Assembly (NCBI GenBank): GCA_030264375.1
Contig: JASCQW010000119.1
Span: 7,543,711-7,607,710 of the forward strand
Reading direction: 5' to 3'
From: Carcharhinus longimanus
Taxonomy: Eukaryota
Length of the DNA: 64,000 nucleotides
The notes under the pieces are model-generated. The model made no database searches. It saw only the letters and a list, made by a program, of their open reading frames with translations, and was not told the DNA's origin. Shown piece by piece: positions 13,116 through 25,771 of this stretch. How positions within the stretch are numbered: position 1 is the stretch's first letter; every line of letters begins with the position of its first letter. Made by a program: the position numbers and the translations under genes.

Positions 13116-13294
13116 GCGGAGAAATAATATCTGTGAAAGTAGCTGAAATTAAAATCGTAACGCCATTGAATAATGATCTGGTTTGCGCATCGCTGTCAAT
13201 GCTTTTGCAACTTCTCTTCCGTAAATCGACCGCCATTCACTCCCGTCCAAGCTGGCGAGGGGACGGATATTTTGAAATCCTTGCATTGCACTGA
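13116..13294 (+). CDS. Candidate terminal coding exon of micro-exon array A (59 aa, unknown function)
   Basis: tttcattttcatcAG acceptor; the phase-1 frame is open to TGA: GGEIISVKVAEIKIVTPLNNDLVCASLSMLLQLLFRKSTAIHSRPSWRGDGYFEILALH*; no homology recognised. Confidence 0.3.
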
Positions 13295-13929
13295 CTCTCT
13301 CACGTATTAATTGAGCGACTCTCTGGAATCGTGTCGGAACACACAAAACAAGAACAAATGCAAATTTTAATAATGATAGCTAGCAAGTGAAGCAACTATC
13401 AAATATACAGCATTTCCAGAGTCATGTACTGCCTCATAAAGTGCTGGCTATTAGGGTTGCTTAAACCAACTCGTTAAATGAACAATAATGGTCTGCAATG
13501 CAAACCATACAACGAATGAGTATTTCTATTCATGGGATGTGGCCATCGTTGATCATACCAATGTATATTGCTAAACTGAAATTGTCCTTTGTCGAACTGG
13601 CATTCTGGGTCACAGAAAATGGTTTTCAGGAGTTATGCATACGACTGGGCATGCAATCACATATAGCTCTGACGAGATAAGGAAGGCAGAATTTCTTCCC
13701 CAAAGGGCAAACGCAGATTTAATGATAAACAATAGTGTTTGAATGATCACCGTTAAACGTTTTGTCATTTCTTTTATTGAATATAGATTTGATAACTGTT
13801 ATTGGTGTGATTCGACGTTTGCCCGCCGAGCTTAACGTGAGGTCTCCTCCTTATTTGTTTGTTGCCTTCCTTGAACGATTATCAGAAGTATATAAACGTG
13901 AAAATAAATCATCGAACTTTTTTTTTGCA

Positions 13930-14200
13930 TTAATAGCTATTGGGCGTTATGGTTATTCCCACAATTTGCTTGCTATCGATCAACAAGTTCTCCAACCACG
14001 TCAAAACAGTGCCCCAAATACTATGAGCTTTAAATGCGCCCATACATCGCCTGTGTGGGAACTTGACAAAAAAAAACTTTCGCAAGTCCAAATTCATGGC
14101 ATCAACTTGTTGGTCCTTGTCCCTGGTCACATCCTCAAAGAGAACCGAAGTTTTGCCAAGATCGATTGTCTTTTAGGGATCTCTGCTGACTATTCTAATG
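13930..14200 (-). mobile_element. CR1 RT fragment
   Basis: ORF 13930-14130 VDAMNLDLRKFFFVKFPHRR..GTVLTWLENLLIDSKQIV. Confidence 0.7.
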
Positions 14201-14251
14201 GCTGCGGTCTTATCATGAGAAAGATGTTCTCTTACGAGTAAAAATAGATAA

Positions 14252-14340
14252 TCCACTCATGAAGGAGCAGCCCTCCGAAAGATTGTGATTAATATAACGT
14301 GGTTTGACCTTAAACTGGAATTTCGAGCCCCATTACTACT
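14252..14340 (+). mobile_element. Penelope pseudo-LTR remnant with decayed hammerhead core
   Basis: CTCATGA-a-GGAG-cagcc-CTCC-GAAA (CUGAUGA...GAAA with one substitution), followed by a taaactgg-like tail as in the other Penelope pieces here. Confidence 0.55.
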
Positions 14341-14499
14341 CAAAAATAAAGAAATAACATATGTGGCAGCCATTTGCAGTGCAGGAGGAAGAGGAAATTG
14401 AAATGCATTTATTGTTTTGCTGGAGTCACATTGTCAAGCAATTCGTGATTGTTTAAAAGTGATTCCATGGAACTAGCTGAATCGAGATTTGCAGCATTT

Positions 14500-14591
14500 A
14501 AGAACATAAGAACATAAGAAGTAGGAGCAGGAGTAGGCCATCTAGCCCTTCGAGCTTGCCCCGCCATTCAATAAGATCATAGCTGATCTGA
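14500..14591 (-). mobile_element. Short young CR1 3' tail
   Basis: (agaacata)2 tail plus gagcaggagtaggccat..ccattcaataagatcat, nearly the same as 32800-32890. Confidence 0.85.
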
Positions 14592-15495
14592 TACTTTTAT
14601 TAGCTTGTCCAGGCTTTTTTCAACCATTGAAGAATGATCAAAGAGTTAGAATTTTTTCAAAGATTTCTTTAACACATTATAACTTCACACTATGGAGTTC
14701 ATTTGTTTGAGAAAGTGTATGGTGGATCAATGTATGTGGAAGTGCCAGAATTTGGCACAGGGGACACAAGAGGCCATGGGACATGTGGAAAATATGAGGT
14801 GGCATGGGTGCATTTGGAAGGGTAAGGGGGTTTGAGGGGTATGGGCTCCAGGACCTTTGTGTTTCTTTCTCTCTGGGAAAAAGTCCGTTGGCAGCAAGGC
14901 AGGCCTTTTAAACAGCCCGCCTCCATACCTGGCAGCCCCTATAGCTGCCTTCACACTCTGTCCCTGGTCGGTTGGCCAAATCCCAGCTAATGCCATCCAT
15001 AATTTAATCCACTGATGGAAAAGATCCATATGGACCAAAGTGCAGAAATGGATCACATGAGAAATCATGTTGAATAATGTAGCCAGCAGTGGCCAATTAC
15101 AGGGATAGAGATCTACTCAGGTGCATGATTCCAACAGCAGACCCAACACATGGATAAAGTGTGAATTAATGTTCAACTGAAACACTGAGTCAGGACTATT
15201 TACTGGAACTAAATTACAAATAGAATCAATGTACTTACATTTATGTAGGGCCGTGTTCACCTTCACAGTATGGGTGGTATTATACTCATTATAGAACCTG
15301 CCTGACTTTTATTCCAAGCTTTTCAGGGTCCTGTAACAGGCAGGTAATCTGCTCCAGATTTCCACTCATGTCCTGCAAACTTCAATTTATTCTGTAAAGT
15401 TTTATCACATTGTCAAATAATTACATAATATTTTGCAAAATGAGTGAATATTTCTAATTCTTCCAGTAATCTTCCTTTCACTTGAACATTTTCAG

Positions 15496-15792
15496 ATGGC
15501 CCCTATGATTTGATGGTGAAGTCTGAACCACGATTCAAAGTTAGTGAAGGAGTGTTCGCTGCTGGCAAAGGAGAACCCGTCTGGTTTAAATGTTCAGCAA
15601 ATTCCAACCCACCAAATGTCTATTCGTGGTTCCAGAAAGCTGACAACAAGACAACACCCATCCAGTGGGGGCCAGTGTTAAACATCAGGTCTGAGAAAGT
15701 ACCCGAGAAAGCCGACTACATGTGCTGTGTCTACAACAATATCACTGGCAAACGGGATGAGACTCAATTCACTTTCATACTCTCTGCTACAG
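15496..15792 (+). CDS. HEPACAM2: Internal Ig-domain exon (297 nt, phase 1-1), third Ig domain of HEPACAM family member 2
   Basis: ttttcAG|...|GTatgt; reads (Y)GPYDLMVKSEPRFKVSEGVFAAGKGEPVWFKCSANSNPPNVYSWFQKADNKTTPIQWGPVLNIRSEKVPEKADYMCCVYNNITGKRDETQFTFILSAT(G). Recognised against HEPACAM2 motifs YGPY, CSADSHPPNTYSW, SEKV and DYVCCAYNNITGRQDETHFT. Confidence 0.88.
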
Positions 15793-17299
15793 GTATGTAC
15801 AAGCTTGTTGATATTAACTTATTAATTGCAATGGTTTACAGATTATGTGATAATGGGTGTTCTTAAAAACAATTTGAATAGTCAAAAATAGAACATAACT
15901 TAAATTGCAGATTAATTAAAACTTAAGGTGATTTCAATTGATTCTATTGCTAATTATACATTGAATATGCTATCATTCTCAAATACACAATGGATTTATT
16001 TCATTGTGTGAATGAGGAATCTCCTGAGAATCATTATAGTTTTGCCTCAAGAAATGTTAACTCAAGACTTATTGGCAAATGAATGAATGATTGTGTGGCG
16101 AGGGTTATTGATCTTGCAGCCCAGGTACAAACAGTAAATCACTCTCTCTTACTGAGTGGGTCATTTTAGTTTTTTTAAATTTCAGTTGAGAAAGGGCAGA
16201 AGAGTAGGATGAGCTCCTACAGAGAACCAACAAGAACACAGCCATCTGAATGACCTCTTCCTGTGTGTAACAATCTATGATGCCATGATTAAACATATAA
16301 GGAACAAGAACCACATTTCTGTTTATGAATTTGCATTGTATTATGCTAAGATATCTTTTCTACATTATGAGCAGGATCCTGAGCCCACTCTTGCCATCTG
16401 CACGATTACCAACAGGGCTCGAAAGATGTCGTGGATCTCGCCAAGGAGATCACAACTTCTGATCTTCGCTGCCCCTCGCAACATAATCAGGCTCACATCA
16501 ACAATGGCTGTGAACCTGATTTAAATACATTTCCATAGATTTCAATATAATTAAACTGCTCCCTCGCCTTATATTGACACACTGCTGTAACATCATGTTG
16601 GCACCACTTATAAAAGATTCAGCCAGACATGGGTGGGCGCTGGCATTGACTGTGTGGGGGAGGATGGGGGAAGCAGAAGGGAGGTTTATTCATGTTCTGA
16701 TTGGGGTATCCTTTAAACATGGCATTACCACTATCAGTGCAGTCGGGCTTTGCTGGTGTGTTTCGGCCCCATCACTCTGCATGGCGGCGTGAAACTTGCC
16801 CACCTGTTTTTTTTTTTGACAGAGTGCAGTAAGACCTCAAGAGAAAATCGACCTATTTCGCTAGACAAAAACACACTATTTTTCTCACAAGAATCAATAC
16901 TCTGCCAACTTCTGGTAAGATTGCCTCCAATCTGTGAATTGCAGTACTGTTATATTTACAAATCTTCCCAGTAGGCCCAATTATTCTCCTGCATTCAATT
17001 TCCAAGAATCTAATTCCAACCTTGCAACGACTTACATGAAAAATTACATCACAGGAACAAGTCTCCTTTTGCCGACTGGCCCATGTTAATGTTTATGCTC
17101 CAAAAGCTTTTCCTCCCACCTTCATTCATCTCGCTCTCTATCAACATAGCCTTTTATTCCTGTCTCCCTCATATACTTACCCAGTTTCCCCTGGATTCCA
17201 GCACCGCTGATCACTTCAAACACTCCACGCAGCAGCGAGTCAGTGTTTGCATCATTCTCCTAAATTTCTTGCTGGATTTATTATTGGTTATTCTGACTG

Positions 17300-18050
17300 A
17301 GTGTGTGATCAAGGAACCCTGCAAAATAGCAGTCAATGAGAATCAATGGTAAAACCTTTCACAAGCTGGAGTCATACGCAGCACAAAGAAAGATAGGCAG
17401 TGCCCTCGGCCTGAACATCTTCAGCTACTTCATTGATGACCTTCCCTCCATCACAAGGTCAGAATTAAGACTGTTCACAGATTGCAGTCTGCAGTGCTAT
17501 TAACATTTCCTCAGACAATGAAGCAGTCCGTGTCCATATCCAGTGTGGTCTGCACTTTTGTGTTGGGCTGACAAGTGGTAAGTGACATGTGCATCACACA
17601 AATGCCAGGCAGTGACTATCTCCATCAAGAAAGAATTTAACCATCTCCTCGTGATGTTCAGTGGCATTGCCATTGTTGGTTTAAAAGTTAGTTAAAGTTT
17701 ATTTATTAGTCACAAGTAGGCTCACATTAACACTGTAATGAATTTACTGTAAAATTCTCCTAGTCACCACACTCTGGCACCTGTTCAGGTACATTGAAGG
17801 AGAACTTAGCATGGCCAATGCACCTAACCGGCATGTTTTTTGGGCTGTGGGAGGAAACCAAAGCACCCGGAGGAAACCCGTCAAAAGCCTGGGAGTTGCC
17901 ATTGACCAGAAACTTAACTGGACAAGTACAATTGACTATGGTTAGAAGAGCAGCTCAGAGGGTGGAAATTCTGCAGTGGAGAATTCTGCACCTTTTGATT
18001 CCCCGAATCCTTTCCATTATCTAGAAGGCACAAGACAGGAGTGTAATAGA
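17300..18050 (+). mobile_element. CR1/L2-group RT fragment with a nested SINE piece (~17683-17880)
   Basis: ggcagtgccctcggcctgaacatcttcagctacttcattgatgaccttccctcc (QGSVLGP.IFS.FI.DLPS); the nested piece has the ctgtgggaggaaacc..cccggaggaaaccc SINE core. Confidence 0.7.
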
Positions 18051-18056
18051 ATTGAA

Positions 18057-18406
18057 CCATAGATAATCATAGAATCCCTGTATTACAGAAGGAGGCCTTT
18101 ATGCCCATTGAGTCTGCACTGACTCAGCATCTTACCCTCTGCCCTATCCCCATAATCCCATGTATTTATACTGGCTAATACAACTAACCCACACATCCTG
18201 AGACACTAAGGGGCAATTTAGGATGGTCAATCCACTAACCTGCACATTTTTGGACTGTGGAAGGAATTGGGAGCACCCGGAGGAAATCCACCCAAACAGA
18301 GGGAGAATGTGCAAACACCACACAGACAGTCACCCAGGGTCAGAATCGAACCTGGGTCCTGATATTGTGAGGTTGCAGTGCTAACCACAATACCGCTGTG
18401 CCACCC
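18057..18406 (-). mobile_element. HE1-like SINE
   Basis: Same tail, core and B-box (aatcgaacctgg) layout as 8900-9312. Confidence 0.85.
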
Positions 18407-18871
18407 CTTTTGTCTTTTTTGTCGTACCAGACACTTGCCCCCATCTAAATGGTGATCATTGACATGCCCACTGCTCCAATGTCCACTCCCCCGCCCCACC
18501 AAAAATAAATGAGTCCTCTCCATGAGGCTCTCATTAGGGTCCTCCCCAACACTGCCCCGGAACAGGTTGGCACTGCCAGGTCGGATGCCAGCCTGGCAGT
18601 GCCAACTTGTGCTAATGGCAGTGCTGAGGCAGTGTCAGGGCCCTGCCTGGTCCTGTCCCTCTCCCCCAGGGACTATTTGTCCCTCTCCCTGGGGGTTAGG
18701 TCATACCTTGAGGAGAATACTCTCCATTTGCTTGGATAAATGCAGCTCCAACAACAGGCAAAAGGACTACATATTCTCAGACAAAACTCGAGGGATTGAG
18801 TTTAGGAGTCGGGAGATAATGCTGCAGCTGTATAAGACCCTGGTCAGACCCCACTTGGAGTACTGTGCTCA

Positions 18872-18971
18872 NNNNNNNNNNNNNNNNNNNNNNNNNNNNN
18901 NNNNNNNNNNNNNNNNNNNNNNNNNNNNNNNNNNNNNNNNNNNNNNNNNNNNNNNNNNNNNNNNNNNNNNN
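18872..18971. other. Assembly gap (others at 27957-28056, 33045-33143, 51832-51931)
   Basis: Runs of ~100 N, each adjoining CR1 sequence. Confidence 0.99.
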
Positions 18972-19520
18972 GGCAGAGAATTCCAGAGATTCACCACCCT
19001 TTGAGTGAAGAAGTTCCTCCTCAACTCCATTCTAAACTGCCCCCCCTTATCTTGAGGCTGTGCCCTCTAGTCCTACTGTCCTTTCTGAGCGGGAAGAACC
19101 TCTCAACCTCTACCCTATCCATCCCCTTCATCATCTTATATGTCTCGATAAGATCCCCCCTCATCCTTCTAAACTCCAACGAGTACAAGCCCAATCTATT
19201 CAGCCTCTCTTCATAGTTCAACCCCCTCGACTCTGGTATCAGCCTAGTGAACCTCCTCTGCACTCCCTCCAAGGCCAAAATATCCTTGCGCAAGTGCGGT
19301 GACCAGAACTGCACACAGTACTCCAGCTGAGGCCTCACCAGTGCCCTGTACAGTTGCAGCAAGGCCTCCCTTTTATATTCTATCCCCCTCGCTATAAATG
19401 CCAGCATCCCATTTGCCTTCTCGGTCACTTGCTGCACCTGCAGACTGAGTTTTTGTGACTCATGCACAAGGACCACCGGGTCCCTCTGCACTGTAGCATG
19501 CTGCAGCTTTTCCCCCTTTA
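18972..19520 (-). mobile_element. Young CR1 ORF2 C-terminal fragment
   Basis: ORF 19021-19563 KANGMLAFIARGIEYK..LYRALVRPQLEYCVQFWSPHLRKDILALEGVQRRFTRLIP; a + strand CR1 piece lies across the gap at 18789-18871. Confidence 0.95.
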
Positions 19521-20329
19521 TTTGGCTTGGTAATCTGCACGAGTTTGCCGGATGTCTCGTCAACTTACGAATTTTAAATGCAGTGTTGTTATGTTGGCCT
19601 CAGTTGGTTGATCGTAACAAGTGGGAATGTGCAGATTGTTGCCTGGAATGTCTCTTTGCTCAAAGAAAAGGCTGCCTGTAGGCAAGGTAATTATGCAATA
19701 ATAGAGTTGGTGTACGCCGTGTGAAACGAAGAGGTATCCCCCCAAAGAAGCGTGACGTGTTCTATTTTTTCAGAAAAAAAAATAATCTGTGCCTCGTTTC
19801 AGTTACTGCACTGACAGCCATATCCACATGCGTGTCCATATACTGAAGAAGCCTTGCATATGCCCACACATTCAAATGGCTAAGTACCATGAGACAACTC
19901 TGCATTCTCTTCACAACTCATCCTCACACCCAACTGAGTATCATGTGAAATTATGGAGGTAATTTATTCAGTTAGCACTTCGAAATCATTAGTATATTAC
20001 GTGCAGCGTTGGAGTCCTGCGAATATAATTATGGTGGCGCACAAGTCACTGCATACCATTCAGAAAGAGGCTCAATTATGTCAGCTGTTTTGCTAGCCAG
20101 CTTCTTACCCATCTCAAGGCACTGCCTGCAATCCAATGCATGTTAAATTTGCATCATACTTTGTCAGGTGAGAACTTTTTGAAAGGTCAACAGTCAAAAT
20201 AAACTGCAACCAAAATATGTTTTAAGTTGTCGTCACCTTTGTAGCCAAATATGAAATCTCTCGATTGCAGCTGTTAGGGGTCTGTATTGTTTTTTTGGTC
20301 AATTCTTTTTTTTTTACATAGCAACATAA

Positions 20330-21480
20330 ACATTTAAAGCCAGTTTTTATGTTCCGCTAGCTTACATTCATAGTGTATTACCCTTTCTTAATTAATCCCT
20401 TGGTCGTCTTTTGCCGAATTTTAAACTGCCCCCAATAAATAGGGCGATTGCGTTTTCTTGACATTTTGAATGCTGATTCCGTGAATCTGAAATTATCTAT
20501 ATTTTCCCTTGCAAACCCTGTGATTGAGCACAGTTACGGTTCCTTTGTCATTCTTACGCAGAACAGGAAGAAACAACTTCCGGATTTCACTATTTTCTTT
20601 AAATGCCTGCAATTGTCTATCCATTGTTTTTCCTTTGACTAATGTTTCCTAATATATCATGACCAAATCATATGCCATGCCATCATATTTAGCTTTCTTA
20701 TTATGTAGTATGCAGGTCTCCGAATCAACTGAATCATTGTCCAACTAGGCAATACTTCTGCCATTTTATGCTCACTCGTCCCAATAGTTCTGTCAAAACT
20801 AGTTTGCCAATTCATCCGTTTTCATTGCACAATACCCTGTCCATGATGACCTTTCCCCTTGCATGTTCTTCGACGTATTGTTCAAGAAATGCACTTTATC
20901 AATCCCTCCCCTATTTTGCTTGTATTATTTCGACTCGCCCAATCTATACGTCGATCAAATCGTTCATAATTATACATTTTACTTGAATGCATGCATCTGT
21001 GACTTCTTATACAAAGATATTTTTTTCCCAACGTTATGGCAACAGTTTTGTATTCTGTATACCACCTCCTGAGGCGTTTTATTTTGCCCCCTGTTGTTTC
21101 TTAAATCGACATATTAGGATTCCACATCACCTATACTAATATATTCCTCAAAACCTCATCAATATATGTTTTATTCAATATTGCCACTCCGCCATTTTTT
21201 TCTCTCTCCCTTTTTCTAAACACTTAATAGACCTCAGTGTTAACTTTACTTCTTTGGTCAACTTGGAGAAGCCACTTCAACGCTTTCATACTTCATTTTA
21301 TCTACGTGGACAACTAATTCATCGTTTTTGCTTCGAATGCTGTAAGCATTTGGATGCAAAATATTAAGGTGTGCCACTTTAACGGTTCATGTCCCTTGCA
21401 TTCGAATTTTTATTCTATCCTTAGATGACTCCGGCCATAACTTTTTTTCTGCCTATTACTTTTCTTCTTCAGTTACCCTA
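20330..21480 (-). mobile_element. Eroded CR1 ORF2 5' region (endonuclease/linker)
   Basis: Antisense CR1 signatures (attgcacaataccctgtcc, ttttttctctctccctttttctaaa, tttttgcttcgaatgctgtaagcattt). Confidence 0.55.
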
Positions 21481-21614
21481 TTTAAGTTTTCCTGTTCAGA
21501 ACGCTTGGAAAGTTTCCCATAGCTATGCCATATTTCGGAAAACCTCCACAAAAAAAAAACATGCAGACACTCCTTCTCTCCGGAAAGGACATCAGCCCTG
21601 ATCCAAAAGATCTC

Positions 21615-21648
<34 letters not shown>

Positions 21649-22499
21649 GCTATGCCTGCCTACAGGTATAACCATCTATCAATCTATGTTTGCATGGACC
21701 GTTTTGTGTATATCTCTGTGGTATTGTGTCATTCCGCAGAAAGAACAAAGAACGAGAGAATGGGTATTACTTGATATTAGAATGAAGTGGAATGAATATT
21801 TCCCAAAGTCGAGGCATGAACACACAGAAAGACATTTTTTTTAAAAAAAAGTTCAGTCTAGTGTTGCCGCTGACATGATCCATTTGTGTTCGACCTCCGT
21901 TTCCATATGAGCAATTGTCTTCAATCATAATTACTAACCATTTGCTTCACGCGATAAGGATATTAAAGGAACAAGATCGTCAGGGATCACCATCTTTGAA
22001 ATAAAACAACAACCTAACAGTTACTTGATTGCTCAACATCAATCAGGCATGGCAACTGATCGGGAATGAATGGAATTGTTGATACAAAAAAAAATCTGGA
22101 CCTTCCCTTCAAAACGGCAGATGTCTCAAATATCGAAATTGGAGAGGAGTACCTGGCCGTAGACACATGTGAATAACAGAACACATCTGATCAGCAGCAC
22201 GGTCAACAAGTGACATACATAAAGATTGCTATAAACGATTTGGCATTTTGTTCGTTCCAGCCCCAGAGTCAGAAATAGTGATTTCAGAACTCAATTGAAA
22301 ATAGCACACTTGGGGATGTTGTATATTCATACTAGAGCAGCGTTGGGAGTGTCGTTGTTTCTGTGGCTTATTGGGAGTTTCGCTTGCAGAACTTCAAAGA
22401 GCCACCAGCCTGTTACGCAATTTAATGAGATAATTAATAAACTGGAAATACCCTGCTTTGTATTTCCGCCTCTGTTTCAAAACGAAACATATCCTCATG

Positions 22500-23200
22500 A
22501 GCATTAAAAATATTGATACATTCATTCTCACTCGCCTTCATAGGTAACGAGTTCCAAAACCATATGACCGTCTTAGCAAAAAAAAAATCCACATTTTAAA
22601 TATGCAACATCTGAAATTGACATTGCGATCGCTCGTTGCATTGTCATGAAACAAAAACTGATGTTTTCTCTGCAACCCGTAAACGGTCATGTTGAAGTTT
22701 ACGATTTCCGTCACATAACATCTATGGTGTTATCCTAAGAGTTGATATGAAACTCCTCAATCCAAAATTCCCTCATGAAGCACACCGCTCATTGTTGATA
22801 ATATACAGACACAACTCATCAGAGTATAATTATTGGCATGTTTCTTCAATTAAGGAAACAAATATTTTGCACCAGTGCGGGATTTCGAATCGGCCTCAAC
22901 AGCGTCTTCTAAACTGAAAAAAAAATCTTGTTGCATTGATATCAACTTTCCGGCCCAAAGGCAACACTCTTTCTGTTTTGCCTTTCATACGCGTGGATAC
23001 CCAGATATCCAGTTCCAGTGAATCTGTCTGAACGATTTCACCAGTTAGATAAGATTATTTCAGTCCTTTTTTTTGCACAAATTGGCAACTCCTCAAGTTT
23101 GCAATCCAATCTTTTATACGTGAGACATATATTAATTGTCTGATCTGTCCAGATCATCAATGTTTGGTGATAAACGATCAGTCCGATCACCAGGGCACAC
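22500..23200 (-). mobile_element. Very eroded CR1 3' fragment
   Basis: Weak similarity to antisense CR1 3' ends elsewhere in the window. Confidence 0.4.
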
Positions 23201-24908
23201 AATCGAGAACTCACCATTATCAGTTAGTATTCTGTTTTCATTTCCAATGCTTTGATAACTCCATAATGAAATAATACATTTCCAATGTGTTGCACTCATC
23301 ACAGTTGTAGCTCAGTGTTTCGTGTCAGAGATCCCCACAATGTCAGGGTTGTCGCCAAGGTTGAGTATTTAATTTCAGTTTGTGGCCATTTACTTCCAAA
23401 TGTTTTTCATTTCAAAACAAAATAAAAAACATATTCAGCATATTTCTCTTGCTCCATACAGAGGTGACAGCGTGCAAAAATGGAAAGGCATCTATATCCA
23501 GAATCTATTTTCATTTTGAGTGTGGAATGGGAGATTCTGAACGCTTGTAACAAAGGATCTATCTGAAATGTCCAACGTAGTTGTTGCATGTAAATTCATC
23601 TAATTCAGGTTATGCATTAGCCGTGACAAAAGAATTGAAATTCGCAGGCGTTATTAATAATCGGTGCAACGCTGCTCATTTTACAAATCAGTCACATGTT
23701 TAATGGACGAGAAGCAAAGAGTGCAAGCTTTGTTCAAAAACACACAGACGTGTCTGTTACGTTGCCTATTATCGAGTAAGATGAGTAAATTAGTCCACAG
23801 ATGTGCAACAAGGGATACAATGTGAACGCGAGAGACAAAGACCTAAGTGGATTCAATCGAACGTAGAAGAAACGGTAGCGAAACATATTGCAAAATCAAC
23901 AGATGAATGAGATCGAACAGACAATTTATATTGGTTAGAGAGGCAGAAAAGTAGCTGAATTCTGGGACAGAAATGTTTTCCGTCATCCCATACACGGGAG
24001 AGAGAGAGAGAAAGAGACGAAAGGAGTGAGTGAGGGAAATAATTACCAGAAAATGTCCGCCCGAATAATTCGAACGGTCAGCAGAAATATAATATTTTTT
24101 TTCTTGTGCTGTGTCTCGAGGTGATGCCAGTATTACGCTCAAACTCTATGTCGGCTTTCAAAGTATGCCCCGAGTAAAATTTCCGCACAGTTCTTTTTCA
24201 CGTGTCGTTGTTATTCAAGGGCGTAAATCCCTGAGTGTTTTCTTGGATTGGCATTACTGGCGTTGAAGGAACTTCCCTTATTTTAGTGCAACCTGTAAGG
24301 GATGGTCGAGACGCTTGGCCTCACGAAGTAACATGTATTGCTGTCATTTTGTCATGTGGGTTGAAATCATTTTTGCAACGAGCACGAAGACATCCCGGGC
24401 GAAACAGTGTCTTTTCATTTGTTTAATTTGTTTTTTATTTGGCATGTGGTTCGTGCAGGTTTTTGTGCGTTTATGCAAGAATCCAGCAATCATCAGGCCA
24501 AATCTTGCTTAACTCAATTCTGGCAAATTCTGTCTATTTATATGTGTATTCTTAAGAGTGCCTCTTCCGTAATAAATAGGTATTACTGCTATTCTGTGGA
24601 CAACATTTTATGAAATATATTCGCTGGCCAGGCCAGCCTGTCCATTCCACCTTGTCCATGAAAAGTTGTTGGTGATCTGCAATTTTGTACTGTTGAAGAC
24701 CCTGAGGTGCACACGCACAGAGATAGAAACGCGCGCGCGCACACGCACACACACACACACACATTTAAGGAATAAAACACGCACATTAAAATAATTTAGG
24801 GAATAGTAAAAAAAAAGCTCTTCCACCGTGAAAAACAGAAAACTGCTGACTAGCCACAATGTCCACGCTCGTCATAATCTTGCATACTTCTATCAGTACG
24901 CTCCCCCG

Positions 24909-24960
<52 letters not shown>
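24909..24960. repeat. Poly-C tract (~52 nt)
   Basis: Direct reading. Confidence 0.9.
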
Positions 24961-24961
<1 letters not shown>

Positions 24962-25771
24962 CCGTTTCACTGTGAGCGAACCAACCTCAGCTCATAACTA
25001 ATTTCTTGTGTACCAGAAAACATTTTTTTTTCTGTACCATCTCCAAATGATTCTCATTCTTTCTGGCATTGTGGTGAAAACAATTGAACATGACATTCAA
25101 AGTGCACCTTAACTAAAGGTCTACAAAGCCACAAAATGACTTACGATTTCTAATCTCAATTCTGTGACATGCCGGATGCCTTATCGATTATATTCTCTAC
25201 ATGTCTTGTCAATTTCAGTGACCTGTGGATCTGTGCACCCAAGTCACTCTGCCTATTAATCATATGAAGGGTTCTGCCATTCACTGTACATTTCCCACCT
25301 GTATTAGACATTCCAAAGTGCATTACCCCATTTTTTTTTCTGGATTAAACTCCGTCTGCCATCTCTTTGCCCAATCACCAAACGATTATTGATCCACTGA
25401 TGGTTGTCAACTGACGGTTGGCATCTCTATCAGCACTCGAAGCAACCTTTGCATCGTCCGCAATTGTCCGAAACAAACCAGTTATATTTTCCTCCAAATA
25501 TTTTTTATACGTGTGTGTGTGTGTGTGTGTGTGTAGCCCAGCACAGATTGCTGAAGAGCATAACGTTTCAACGTTTTCCATTCAGAAACCCACACTTTTA
25601 CTATTACCTTATGCTACTCCATGACCAATCTAGTTATGTATCAATCTTGTCAACAGTTTCCGTGCAACTTCACCTTCTGTAGTAGTCTGCCCTGAGGGAT
25701 TGTGTCAAAAGCTTTACTCAGGTCAATTAGACAACATCCACTGCGCAAACCTCATCAGTCATCTTTGTCAC

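Noticed and set aside
18566-18606. 15-bp-arm palindrome gttggcactgccagg/cctggcagtgccaac
   Set aside because: Appears to be part of a GC-rich interspersed repeat; no independent evidence of function
24909-24960. Poly-C as a functional G-quadruplex
   Set aside because: Lies inside a CR1 relic, and long homopolymer lengths are unreliable in assemblies
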